DNA of 37,481 bases from positions 1-37,481 of the IMG/VR virus record IMGVR_UViG_3300045988_146796; one strand, given 5' to 3'. The position numbers and the translations under genes were made by a program. This DNA is from a virus. This document shows, in pieces, positions 8,099-17,700 of this stretch; the stretch's first letter is position 1; each line of letters opens with the position of its first letter. The notes below the pieces were generated by a model, which was not told the DNA's origin, searched no databases, and worked only from the letters and a program-made list of their open reading frames with translations.

Positions 8099-8479
8099 AT
8101 GAGCGCTATTTTAAAAGCAAACAACACCGAAACGCCGTGCGAGGCGGCGGAACACTACCGCGACAGCGCGTGGGGACGCCCCACCTGCACGGTGACGATC
8201 AAGGGCAGCGCGGCGGAGATCGCCGCCCTGCTGCCGGACGGTGCGCCGTGGTCGCTCATCGAGCGCGAAGACGTGCTGGACGAGAGCGGCGCGCCCACGG
8301 GTCAGACCGTCGACCACGAGCGCGACATGAGCGAGTACAGCCTCAGCGGTGACATCACCGACCACCGCGACGGAACGGTCAGCATCAAGATGGGCAAGCC
8401 CACGGAGGTGGAAGCGCTGAGAGCGCAGCTCGCCGACGCAGAGCACGCCGCAAAAATCCTGCTGATGGAGGAGAAATGA
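8099..8479 (+). CDS. Hypothetical protein, 126 aa
   Basis: The ATG lies 6 nt after AAAGGAG. Coding composition returns to the phage-typical high GC. Confidence 0.6.
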   Translation: MSAILKANNTETPCEAAEHYRDSAWGRPTCTVTIKGSAAEIAALLPDGAPWSLIEREDVLDESGAPTGQTVDHERDMSEYSLSGDITDHRDGTVSIKMGKPTEVEALRAQLADAEHAAKILLMEEK

Positions 8480-8480
8480 G

Positions 8481-8645
8481 ATGAAGAAAACCTACACCGA
8501 ACGCGCGCGCGAGCACGTCGCGGAGACCAAGGAAGCGCTGACGCTCGTATACAGCGAACTCAATCAGGGGCAACAGAAGAAAATCCTCAAGAACGAGCAG
8601 GTCAGGGCGATCCTGGTGAAGTATGGGGTCGTGGCAGAAAACTAA
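8481..8645 (+). CDS. Hypothetical small protein, 54 aa (MKKTYTERAREHVAETKEAL...)
   Basis: The ATG is 1 nt after the preceding stop, with GGAGGAGAAA upstream. The ORF is below the track cutoff. Confidence 0.5.
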   Translation: MKKTYTERAREHVAETKEALTLVYSELNQGQQKKILKNEQVRAILVKYGVVAEN

Positions 8646-8663
8646 AACGTGGAGAGGGAGCGA

Positions 8664-8966
8664 ATGGCAGATACAAAGCATTATGACGATGCGTCGATTG
8701 CACTGATTGATGCGCGGTGCAAGAGCAACACGCACCGAATCAACGAGCTGACAGAGCATCAGGTCGCGCTTGATCGGCTTGTAACCTCGGTTGAGGTGCT
8801 GGCCACAAAGCAGGAGACCGTGGAGGGCGATGTCAAGGAGATCAAAGAGGACGTCAAGCTCATCACTGGCAAGGCGGGGAAACGGTGGGACAGCATCGTG
8901 GACAAGCTGCTCGCCGTGCTCGCGGGGGCGTTCCTCGCGTGGCTGATCTCGGGAGGCATGGCATGA
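8664..8966 (+). CDS. xhlA: XhlA-like lysis-associated membrane protein
   Basis: It has an N-terminal coiled coil and a single C-terminal TM segment (LLAVLAGAFLAWLISGG). It is the first gene of a holin-amidase cassette, as in the PBSX xhlA-xhlB-xlyA arrangement. Confidence 0.55.
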   Translation: MADTKHYDDASIALIDARCKSNTHRINELTEHQVALDRLVTSVEVLATKQETVEGDVKEIKEDVKLITGKAGKRWDSIVDKLLAVLAGAFLAWLISGGMA

Positions 8967-9187
8967 AAGCGCTGAAAGCCCGCTGGGACAAGATGAAAAA
9001 GCGGGACAAGTACATATCCATCGCCATTTTCAGCCTGACATGGTACACCGTCGCCTCGCTCACCATGACGGCGCTCGGCGTGCCGCCGCCCGACGTGCTG
9101 ACGGAACGCTGGTTCAAGGCGTGGACAACAGAGCTCGTTGTGGTGGCGGGCATCAAGATTTTCAGAAAGGACGAAACGACACTATGA
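8963..9187 (+). CDS. Putative holin (74 aa, two hydrophobic segments)
   Basis: Its start overlaps the upstream stop as ATGA. The hydrophobic segments are ISIAIFSLTWYTVASLTMTAL and ELVVVAGIKIF. It lies upstream of the amidase. Confidence 0.5.
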   Translation: MKALKARWDKMKKRDKYISIAIFSLTWYTVASLTMTALGVPPPDVLTERWFKAWTTELVVVAGIKIFRKDETTL

Positions 9188-9381
9188 ATAACGAATTATT
9201 GAACAAGAGATTTGCGAACCTTTTGAGCGTAAAGTCGCTCGTGACGATTGCGCTGACGGCGACCTTCTGCGCGCTGACAGTACAGTCGAAGGTGACGCAG
9301 GAATTCAACACCGTGTACCTCATGGTCATTGCCTTCTACTTCGGCACGCAGAACGCGGCGGGCAGCGCGAAGGGAGAGTGA
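9184..9381 (+). CDS. Putative holin (65 aa, two TM segments)
   Basis: Its start overlaps the upstream stop as ATGA. The TM segments are LVTIALTATFCALTV and VYLMVIAFYFG. It lies immediately upstream of the amidase. Confidence 0.55.
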   Translation: MNNELLNKRFANLLSVKSLVTIALTATFCALTVQSKVTQEFNTVYLMVIAFYFGTQNAAGSAKGE

Positions 9382-10031
9382 GCGGTGTGAATATCCGCAA
9401 ATACCCGGCAAACGCCGGGAACGTCGGCGGCAAGCGCACGGCGAGCGGCATTCGCTACATCGTGATCCACTACACCGGCAACGACGGCGACACGGCGATG
9501 AACAACGCCAAGTACTACGCGGGCAGCGTGGTGAAGACCAGTGCGCACTACTTCGTCGATGCAAACGAGATCATCCAGAGCGTGGACGACCTGCGCATCG
9601 CGTGGGCGGTGGGCGGAAAGAAGTACCCGAGCTGCCCCCAGACGGGCGGCGGGACGCTGCACGGCCGCTGCCTGAACGCAAACAGCATCAGCATCGAGCT
9701 GTGCGACGCGAAGAAGGACGGCGCATACGCGCCGGACGCGCGCACCGTGGAGCGGGCACTTGCGCTGACGCGCGAGCTGATGAAGAAGTACAACATTCCG
9801 AATAGCAACGTCATTCGCCACTTCGATGTGACAGGCAAGCTGTGCCCTGCCTACTGGTCGGGCAAGGGCAGCGCGGGCAAGTGGGAAAGTGAGTTCCACG
9901 GGAAACTCGCAGAGCCGGACTACCGCGAAATGCTCAAGAAGCGCGCGGGACTCGAAGAGCGAACGATGGACTACCTCGCGGCCTACCAGTACGGCGGCGA
10001 CCTGATCCGAAAGCTCGCAACGATGAAGTAA
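9378..10031 (+). CDS. Endolysin: N-acetylmuramoyl-L-alanine amidase (Amidase_2/PGRP type)
   Basis: The motifs IVIHYTGN, AHYFVD, SISIELC and IRHFDVTGKLCP are typical of zinc amidases of the T7 lysozyme/PGRP family. The start is GTG 9378 (GTGA overlap) or GTG 9387. Confidence 0.85.
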   Translation: MSGVNIRKYPANAGNVGGKRTASGIRYIVIHYTGNDGDTAMNNAKYYAGSVVKTSAHYFVDANEIIQSVDDLRIAWAVGGKKYPSCPQTGGGTLHGRCLNANSISIELCDAKKDGAYAPDARTVERALALTRELMKKYNIPNSNVIRHFDVTGKLCPAYWSGKGSAGKWESEFHGKLAEPDYREMLKKRAGLEERTMDYLAAYQYGGDLIRKLATMK

Positions 10032-10091
10032 GGCACAGGGCGGGAGGGCGCGAACGCTCTCCCGCCCGGGAAGAAAGGAGGGAAGGAGGGC

Positions 10092-11519
10092 ATGCCTTCC
10101 AACTGGCTATACATCGACACGAACTTCCCGTCGTTCACGCAGAAAGAGAGCGACGGCGAGAAGATCGAGACGATGCAGGACTATCTCTTCATGCTCGTCG
10201 AGCAGCTGCGCTACACGCTGCGGAATCTCGACCTGAAGAACATGAACAAGGCGGCGATGAACGGATTTTTGCAGAATATCCGCGAGCCGATCTATGCCAA
10301 GATCGAGGACACGAACAAAAACGTAAACGAGCTGAGCATCACGGCAAAGGGACTGAGCGCGCGCATCAGCAATGCTGAGGGGAACATCACACAGCTCAGC
10401 GCGCGGGCAGACGGGCTTGCCGTCGAGATCCGCAATGCCAAGGGAGATATTACATCGCTCGGCGCACGGGCGGACGGCCTTGCGGCCGAAATCAAAAACG
10501 CCAAGGGCGACATCACCCAGCTCGGCGCGAGAGCAGACGGACTTGCCGCGCGGATCAGCAGCGCCGAGGGGAACATTACGCAGCTTGGCGCGACGGCGAA
10601 CGGGCTGAGCGCGCGCATCAGCAGCAACGAGGGCAGTATCACGAACCTGACGGCGGACGTAAACGGCATTCGCACGCAGGTGAGCGGGAAAATCAACAGC
10701 TCGGAGGCGCAGACACTCATCAACCAGAGCCTTGACGGGATCACGCTCTCGGCAACGAGCGGAGAGAGCGGGACGATCTTCAAGCTCATGTACGACGGCG
10801 CGGTGCTGGCAAGCACCGGCTCGGTCAACCTCTATGTAGACGCAGTGAACGTGTACGGCACGCTGACGGCGGAACGCCTGCAAGGCGGTTCGATCCGCAT
10901 TCTGGACGACGAGGGGAACAGATGCGGAACCATCTATTCAACCTACGCAAGCTCGGCAGACACGAAGATCGAGATCGACTCGGACGCGATCGAGCTCGGC
11001 GGCGACGACGGCAGTGTGTTCATTGGCTCTCGATGGGATCGGAGCACAAGGGGGTACTATGCCTCTATCGAGGTGGACGGATACTCGCAGGAGGTGCAGA
11101 TCAAGGGCGACGTCATTCCGAACGCGGACGCGACCTACAGCCTTGGCAGCCGGAATTTCGTGTGGGACGCGATCTATTGCAGCACGGACACGCTGAACGG
11201 CTCGGACCGGAACATCAAGAACAGCATCGAGGCGCTGCCGGAGAAGTACGTGAGCATGTTCGACCTCGTAGAACCAAGGCGCTACAAGCTCAACAGCGGC
11301 ACGAGCGGGCGCTTTCACACCGGATTCATCGCGCAGGAGGTAGAGGACGCCATGCGCGCATGCGGCATTGACTCGCAGGAATTCGCGGGCTGGGCCGCTG
11401 CCAAACGCGAGGACGGCAGCGAAACGTATTTCCTGCGGTACAGTGAATTCATTCCGATCCTGTGGGCGAAGGTGCGCGAGCAGGAAAAACGGCTAAAACG
11501 ATTGGAGGGAACGACATGA
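10092..11519 (+). CDS. Tail fibre or spike protein with a C-terminal intramolecular chaperone (Peptidase_S74) domain
   Basis: The C-terminus ...GSDRNIKNSIEAL...HTGFIAQEVEDA...LRYSEFIPILWAKVREQEKRL matches the S74 autoproteolytic chaperone signature. The shaft contains 21-aa tandem repeats. Confidence 0.8.
   Translation: MPSNWLYIDTNFPSFTQKESDGEKIETMQDYLFMLVEQLRYTLRNLDLKNMNKAAMNGFLQNIREPIYAKIEDTNKNVNELSITAKGLSARISNAEGNITQLSARADGLAVEIRNAKGDITSLGARADGLAAEIKNAKGDITQLGARADGLAARISSAEGNITQLGATANGLSARISSNEGSITNLTADVNGIRTQVSGKINSSEAQTLINQSLDGITLSATSGESGTIFKLMYDGAVLASTGSVNLYVDAVNVYGTLTAERLQGGSIRILDDEGNRCGTIYSTYASSADTKIEIDSDAIELGGDDGSVFIGSRWDRSTRGYYASIEVDGYSQEVQIKGDVIPNADATYSLGSRNFVWDAIYCSTDTLNGSDRNIKNSIEALPEKYVSMFDLVEPRRYKLNSGTSGRFHTGFIAQEVEDAMRACGIDSQEFAGWAAAKREDGSETYFLRYSEFIPILWAKVREQEKRLKRLEGTT
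10332..10682 (+). repeat. About 5.5 tandem 63-nt (21-aa) coding repeats in the fibre shaft
   Basis: The repeat unit L(S/G)ARADGLAxEIxNAKGDITQ was read directly from the translation. Confidence 0.85.
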
Positions 11520-11725
11520 ATGAGAAGATCAAGCAGGAAGCGGCGCATGCAATGCAGCTCATCAGCATGCTGAACGTGAGCGGCGACGGCGTGGACGTGG
11601 TGGCGGCGGCGCGGCAGGCGCTGCGCAACATCATGGCCATCTGCGACGCGACGGAGCCGCCGGTGGGAGAGAAGGGCGACGCGCCGGAGGAAGCGAAAGG
11701 AGCGGCCAAAAATGAGACTGCCTGA
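11516..11725 (+). CDS. Hypothetical small protein, 69 aa
   Basis: Its start overlaps the fibre stop as ATGA, with GGAGGGA upstream. Confidence 0.5.
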   Translation: MNEKIKQEAAHAMQLISMLNVSGDGVDVVAAARQALRNIMAICDATEPPVGEKGDAPEEAKGAAKNETA

Positions 11726-13364
11726 AACACCGTATGCCGACGGCATCGGCAAGCGCGGGCAGCTGCAATTCTACGGCCTTGACCACAATCTCGGCGCGGC
11801 GGACGGCGGGCTGTGGGACATGCGCAACCTGACGAGCGACTACTATCCGCTGCTGGCGACGCGGCCAAAGAGAAGGACGGTGCGCAAGCTCACGAGCGGC
11901 GGCGGGCTTTTCGCCTGGGACGCGCTCGCATGGGTGGACGGAACGGGCTTCTACTACGGCGGCGAGAAGAAGGGGACGGTGACGGCGGGAGAGAAACGCT
12001 TTGCCGCCATCGGTGCCTACATCATCGTTCTGCCGGACAAGAAGTACTACAACACCGTTTCGGGCGCGTTCGGCAGCTTAGAGAGCACGTGGAGCGGGCG
12101 GAGCCTGACCTTTACGAACGGGAAGCTCTTTGAAGAGGCGGCGGAGGCGAACACGATCCGCTGCGCGAACGTCAGGTGGGCGGACTACTTCAAGCCCGGC
12201 GACGCGGTGACGATCTCAGGCTGCACGAAACACCCGGAGAACAACAAAACGCCCGTCATCCGCGAGATCGACGGGGACAAGATGTACTTCTACGAAAACG
12301 TCTTCAAGCTGGACGGCAGCGAGGGAACGACGGAATACACCGAGAGCGGAAACTTGACGGTTCGACGCACGGTGCCGGATCTAAACTATCTATGCGAGAA
12401 CGAAAACCGGCTGTGGGGCTGCGACGGCCGGACGATCTACGCGAGCAAGCTCGGCGACCCGTTCAACTGGAACGTATACGAGGGGCTGGACACCGACAGC
12501 TACGCCGTGGACACGGGAAGCGCGGGGGACTTCACGGGCTGCGTGAGCTTCCTCGGCTATCCGGTGTTCTTCAAGGAGGATCACATCTACAAGGTGTACG
12601 GCAGCCTGCCGTCGAACTTTGAGGTGATGGGCAGCGCGACGCTCGGCGTGCAGAAGGGCAGCGGCGGGAGCCTCGCCATCGCGGGCGAGCGGCTGCTGTA
12701 TCTCTCGTCCTCGGGCGTGATGATCTACTCCGGCGGCATTCCGCAGAGCCTGCACGACGCCTTCGGGCAGACGCGGCTCAAGAACGGGCGCGCGGGCAGC
12801 GACGGCCTCAAATACTACCTGAGCGCGCAGGACGAGAGCGGGACATGGAAGCTCTACGTCTACGACACGCGAAAGGGCATGTGGCACATCGAGGACGAGA
12901 CGCACGCGACACACTTCTGCCGGCACGAGGGAAACACCTATTTCCTGACGGCCGGGGGCGAGATCGAGATGACGGGCAACATTCTGGACGCGCCGGAGGG
13001 GAGCGAAAACGAGGACGACTTCACCTGGTACGCCGAGACCGGCGACTTCACGGAGAAGGGGACGAGCCGCGCGACAAGCTACGACAGCGTGAAGAAGGGC
13101 ATTGCCAAGATCGAAATCCGCATCGAGGTGGCGGCGGGAGCGGAAGCGAAGGTGCTGCTGCAATTCGATTCGGACGGGAAGTGGGTGCAGGCCGGGCAGA
13201 CGCTGCGCGCGGAGAAGAAACGCAGCTACTACCTGCCCATCATTCCGCGGCGCGCGGATCACTACCGCATTCGCATCGAGGGCAAGGGCGAGTGCCGCGT
13301 CTATTCGATGACGCGCGAATACTACGCGGGCAGCGAGCTCAAATCGACAAGAGGCCCGCAGTAA
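11712..13364 (+). CDS. Virion or tail structural protein, 550 aa (possibly nozzle or hub-like)
   Basis: This large beta-rich ORF lies in the tail module. The function is assigned by position only. Confidence 0.35.
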   Translation: MRLPETPYADGIGKRGQLQFYGLDHNLGAADGGLWDMRNLTSDYYPLLATRPKRRTVRKLTSGGGLFAWDALAWVDGTGFYYGGEKKGTVTAGEKRFAAIGAYIIVLPDKKYYNTVSGAFGSLESTWSGRSLTFTNGKLFEEAAEANTIRCANVRWADYFKPGDAVTISGCTKHPENNKTPVIREIDGDKMYFYENVFKLDGSEGTTEYTESGNLTVRRTVPDLNYLCENENRLWGCDGRTIYASKLGDPFNWNVYEGLDTDSYAVDTGSAGDFTGCVSFLGYPVFFKEDHIYKVYGSLPSNFEVMGSATLGVQKGSGGSLAIAGERLLYLSSSGVMIYSGGIPQSLHDAFGQTRLKNGRAGSDGLKYYLSAQDESGTWKLYVYDTRKGMWHIEDETHATHFCRHEGNTYFLTAGGEIEMTGNILDAPEGSENEDDFTWYAETGDFTEKGTSRATSYDSVKKGIAKIEIRIEVAAGAEAKVLLQFDSDGKWVQAGQTLRAEKKRSYYLPIIPRRADHYRIRIEGKGECRVYSMTREYYAGSELKSTRGPQ

Positions 13365-13385
13365 AAAAGGAGGAAGGAGAAAGCA

Positions 13386-14744
13386 ATGGCTTACACCTAC
13401 GACGACTTTGAAAAGGCGAGAGCGGGCAGCGACGTATACTTTTCGCAGTACGACCTTGACCTTGCAAAACAGCACCCGGAATTCGGCATGAGCGTGCTGG
13501 ATCTCAAAAAGCAGTACGCGACCGCGCAGACGCCGGAGCAGCGCGCGCTCATCAACGCGCAGGCAAACGAGCTGCGCAAGAACTACGGCTACTATTCCGG
13601 CGGATCGGACGGCAGCAGCTACATCAGCACCGGCAAGTACGCGCCGAAGATCGACGAGACGCTCGACAAGATCGGCTCGTTCAAGCCGTTTGAGTACGGC
13701 AGCGCGCCGAGCTACGAAAACCGCTTCCAGCAGAAGCAGCAGGAGCTTTTGGACGCGGCGCTCAATCGAGATCCGTTCTCGTGGAGCAAGGAGACGGATC
13801 CGCAGTACAGCAGCTACAAAAAGACGTACCTGCGCGAGGGCGAGCGGGCGACGGCGGACGCGCTGGCGAAAGCAAGCACCGCGAGCGGCGGGCGGCCGAG
13901 CTCGTTCGCCGTGAACGCGGCGACGCAGGCGGGCGACTACTACGCGACGAAGCTCTCTGACGTGATCCCGACGCTCTATCAGCAGGCATACGAGCGGTAT
14001 CTCAAGGACTACCAGATGAAGCTGAGCGACCTGAACGCGGTGAACCAGCAGGAGCAGCTGGACTACGCGAAGTATCTCGACCGGCTGAACCAGTTCAACA
14101 CCGACAGAACCTTCGACTACAACAACTATCTCGGCGAGTACGGCCGCTTGCAGGACTACCTCGGCGGTTTGCAGGGGCAGGATCAGACGACATACAACCG
14201 CTATCTCGACGTGCTCGACCGCGAGCGGGAGAAGCAGCAGGCTGCGCAGGAGCTGAGCCGCGCCCAGATCGACGCGATGCTGCAAGTAGGCGTTTCGCCG
14301 AGCGCGGGGCTCATCGGCAAGAGCGGCTACGAAAACGAGTACATTCAGGCGCTCGAGAACTACTACAAGCAGCAGTCGGCAGCGAAGGCGGGCGGCGGAA
14401 GAGGATCCGGCGGCGGGGGCGGCAAGCCAAAGAGCAAAATGAACCTGACGACCGCGCAGAAGATGGCAAAGGCCGGACAGTTCACGCAGGAGGTGCTCGA
14501 CACGCTGCACGCGGGAGGATTCAACGACGCCTATCTCGCGTCGGTGTACGGCTATACCGGCGGCGGCAGCGGGCGCACGAAGTTCGGCTACGATTCGGAC
14601 GAGGGCATTTTCACGTGGAACGGGTACCGCTTCAATTCGCCGGAGGCATTTGCGGAAGCGCTGGATCGCGCGGCGCTGACGGACGCGGAAAAGGCCGAGA
14701 TTTCCAGAAAGCTGAGAGCCAACGGATTCAACATCACGTTCTGA
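13386..14744 (+). CDS. Virion-associated protein, 452 aa, Q/N/Y-rich with a Gly-rich linker
   Basis: It has a good RBS (AGGAGGAAGGAGA) and lies between the structural genes and the giant virion protein. Confidence 0.35.
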   Translation: MAYTYDDFEKARAGSDVYFSQYDLDLAKQHPEFGMSVLDLKKQYATAQTPEQRALINAQANELRKNYGYYSGGSDGSSYISTGKYAPKIDETLDKIGSFKPFEYGSAPSYENRFQQKQQELLDAALNRDPFSWSKETDPQYSSYKKTYLREGERATADALAKASTASGGRPSSFAVNAATQAGDYYATKLSDVIPTLYQQAYERYLKDYQMKLSDLNAVNQQEQLDYAKYLDRLNQFNTDRTFDYNNYLGEYGRLQDYLGGLQGQDQTTYNRYLDVLDREREKQQAAQELSRAQIDAMLQVGVSPSAGLIGKSGYENEYIQALENYYKQQSAAKAGGGRGSGGGGGKPKSKMNLTTAQKMAKAGQFTQEVLDTLHAGGFNDAYLASVYGYTGGGSGRTKFGYDSDEGIFTWNGYRFNSPEAFAEALDRAALTDAEKAEISRKLRANGFNITF

Positions 14745-14756
14745 TGAGGTGACGAC

Positions 14757-17700
14757 ATGGCAATTAAAATCACGCAGATCAAGCCCGAGGGCGCGCAGAA
14801 AAGCGCGCCCTCGGCAAAAGACTATTTTGAAGAAAAGCCGAGAGGAGAGAATACCGAATACACCGGGCGCATCAAGATCACGAAGATTCCGAGCGCGGAG
14901 ACACCGTATCAGAGAGCTTTGGACGAGGCAATTTTGAGAGCATCGGCGGCGGGGCAGACGCAGCTGCCCCCGGGCAGCAAAAAGCCGGGAGCACCGATGA
15001 GACAGTCGGAATATCAAAAAGCGCTGGACGAGGCGATGATGAAACGCGCGGCGGCGGATCGGAAGAACCGGGAGCGGGGGCGCAGGAGCTACAACCGCTC
15101 GCACGCGCAGGAAGTGCGCGAGATCACCGGCGACAGGACGAAAAAGAGCATTACCCCCATCATCAAGAGCGCGGCGGCGGGCTATGCGGCGGATATGGTC
15201 GGCGCGGCAGACACGCTGCTGCGCGCGCCGAGCGGACTGAACTACGCGGCGAGTCAGGAGCGCGGAGAGATCGAAGCCTCGAAAAAGAACATCGCCGCCT
15301 ATACCGAAAAGCTCAAGGCGGCGAAGACGGAGGAGGAACGCCAGCAGTGGCAGACGCTGATCGACCGCAACAAGCGCCTCATCGAGATCAACAGCAAGGC
15401 TGCGGACGAGCGGGTGAAAAACTATCAGGACGCAACGAGGGGCGCGCAGGAGAAGCTGCAAGGCACCTATCAGAAGCTGCGCAAGACCGCGTCCGACAAC
15501 ATGGAAAAGGCAAACGAAGGGCTCACGCCGGTCGGCAAGTACCTCAACAACGTCGGCGTGGCGGGCGCGCAGATGGCCGCAGACGCGGCACTCGGCGGCG
15601 GCAGCGCGCTCGGCCCGATGTTCCTGCGCGTATTCGGCGGAAACTCGCAGGAGGCGGCGGAAGCGGCGGACAAGCCCGGCATGAGCGCGGCGGAACAGCT
15701 GGACGCACAGAACCGGGCACTGCTGTACGGCACGGCGAGCGGCGCGGTGAGCATCGCGACGGAGAAGATCAGCAACGTTGCAGCCCCGTTCAAGAAAGCG
15801 TTCGGCGGCGGCTTCCTCGACAAGGCCATCGACGGCGCGATCGCCAAGATGAACGGAAACGCGGCGGGGCGGCTCGCCCTGTCGTTCCTGTCCGAGGGCG
15901 GCGAGGAAGTTATTGAGGACATCGTGCAGCCAGCCTTGCAGACGATCTACAACGGGCAGAGCGCCGGACAGAATTACAGCGAGCTTGACGCGGCGGAGAT
16001 TCTGAACGACTTCCTCGTCGGCGGCGCGCTCGGTCTGATCGGCAGCGGCGTGGAAGGCATTCACAATGCGGACGCGCGGCTTGCCGCCGAGCGGGCGGCA
16101 GGGGAAGCGGCAGCGCCGACAGCCGAGCAGCAGAATACCATGCCCGCACAGCCTGCGGCGGCGCAGGAGGGCGCGCAGGGCGTGGGCGAGGGTAATTTAG
16201 CACCCGTACCGCAGAGCGCCGCACAGGGCGCGCAGGAGGCGAGCACAAGCGTTGACACGAACCCGAAGAACCACACGCCGGAAGAACAGAAGCGCGTGGA
16301 GGATTATCGGGCGGCAACGGATTCCGGCATCGTTGCATTTGTTCAGAAGGTGAGAACGCTGAAAAACCCGCGGTATAGAAATTCGGTAAGATACCCGGTA
16401 TCAGACGTTTCCGCGCGGGAAGCATCAGCAGTACTGGACGCAACCGGAGTGAACACAAGTGGTTTCACGAATATCCTGACCGGCGGAGCAGTTGACCATA
16501 TCGAGAAAAGGCACGGCGCAAGCGGCAAGGCAGACAAGAGTATGCAGGATCTGAACGACCTCGGGCGAGTCGGCTACATTCTCGAAAACTTCGATGGTGC
16601 AGAATTGCTCCTGAATGAAGATGGAACGCCGTCCGTGAGCGACGTATGGAAAAACAGCGACGGGACGCCTGCGGCAAGAATGCTTTTTACAAAAAAAGTA
16701 GACGGTGTATATTACACCGCCGTAGCAACGCCGGACAGCAATGCGGGAGTCATTGCCATCGAAAGCGCATTTATGAGCAAAGAAAAAGGAAGCACCGGCA
16801 CAGTCCTGAACATGGAGAATATCTCCCCGCAGGTTACGCCCGAAGCGCCACAGCGCGCTAATGCTTCCTTCGATAACACTGTACCACAGGAAAGCGGCGG
16901 CGTCAAGGCGCAGGAGGGCACAGAAAGCGCGCAGACGGCGCAAGCAGACAACACAACGACCGCAGGAGGAATGAACCATGGAGGACAAGAAGTACAGAAC
17001 CATGCCGGAGGGGCTGAGTTTGCCGACACTGCCAAAAGAGGCACGCCGGAAGCAGCCGACGCAGCGAGTGCATTACCTGATGGAGCTGCCGAACGGGGAG
17101 AGCGTGAGCGTGGCGGAAGAGAATCTGGACGCATTCCTCGAGAAGTACGGAACGTCGGCGGAGAAGACGGAAACGCGCTGACGGTACAACAGCGGCTTGC
17201 GGCATCCGGTATCTCACAATTCATCAGCCCACGGGAGGCCAACGTGCCGAACGGCGCAAGCGGCGATAACACCGTCACCATCTTTGACGAGGTGGACTGG
17301 GACCAGGAGCTTATCGGCGCGGCGGACTGGGCAAAGTCAAAGGGCGTGAAGAAGGTAACGGCGCTGCTCGGTGTCATCAACATTGAAAAGAACGGAAGGA
17401 CCGGAAAGGCTTTCGGTGTATTCAATGCAGACACGGGCGAAATTTTCGTCAATGCCGGATCAGTGCAGCGCAGTGTGAGCGAGACGATCGAGCATGAAAC
17501 GGCGCATTACCTGGCCGAAGTGGCGAGGCGCGAGAACGTCAGGACGTTTATGCGCGACGTTCAGAGCCGGTACAGCAGTGAAGAGTGGGGCAAGGCGTAC
17601 GATGCCTACTTTGACCGCTATGCAGCGCTGACGGGCGACTATGTGGGAATGAGCGAGAACGATATCGAGCTCTATGTGTGGGAAGAGATCATGGGCGATG

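Noticed and set aside
5693-10682. The regular nucleotide repeats (collagen GXY blocks, 63-nt fibre repeats) as a possible CRISPR array or satellite.
   Set aside because: The repeats are in frame and coding, have no unique spacers of constant length, and no cas genes are present. The periodicity is explained by protein repeats.
12390-16064. A 1224-aa ORF on the minus strand.
   Set aside because: It is antisense to three well-supported + strand virion genes. The translation is Arg/Ala/Leu/Val-rich low complexity, with no RBS or motifs. This is the typical open antisense frame of a high-GC coding region, where stop codons are depleted.
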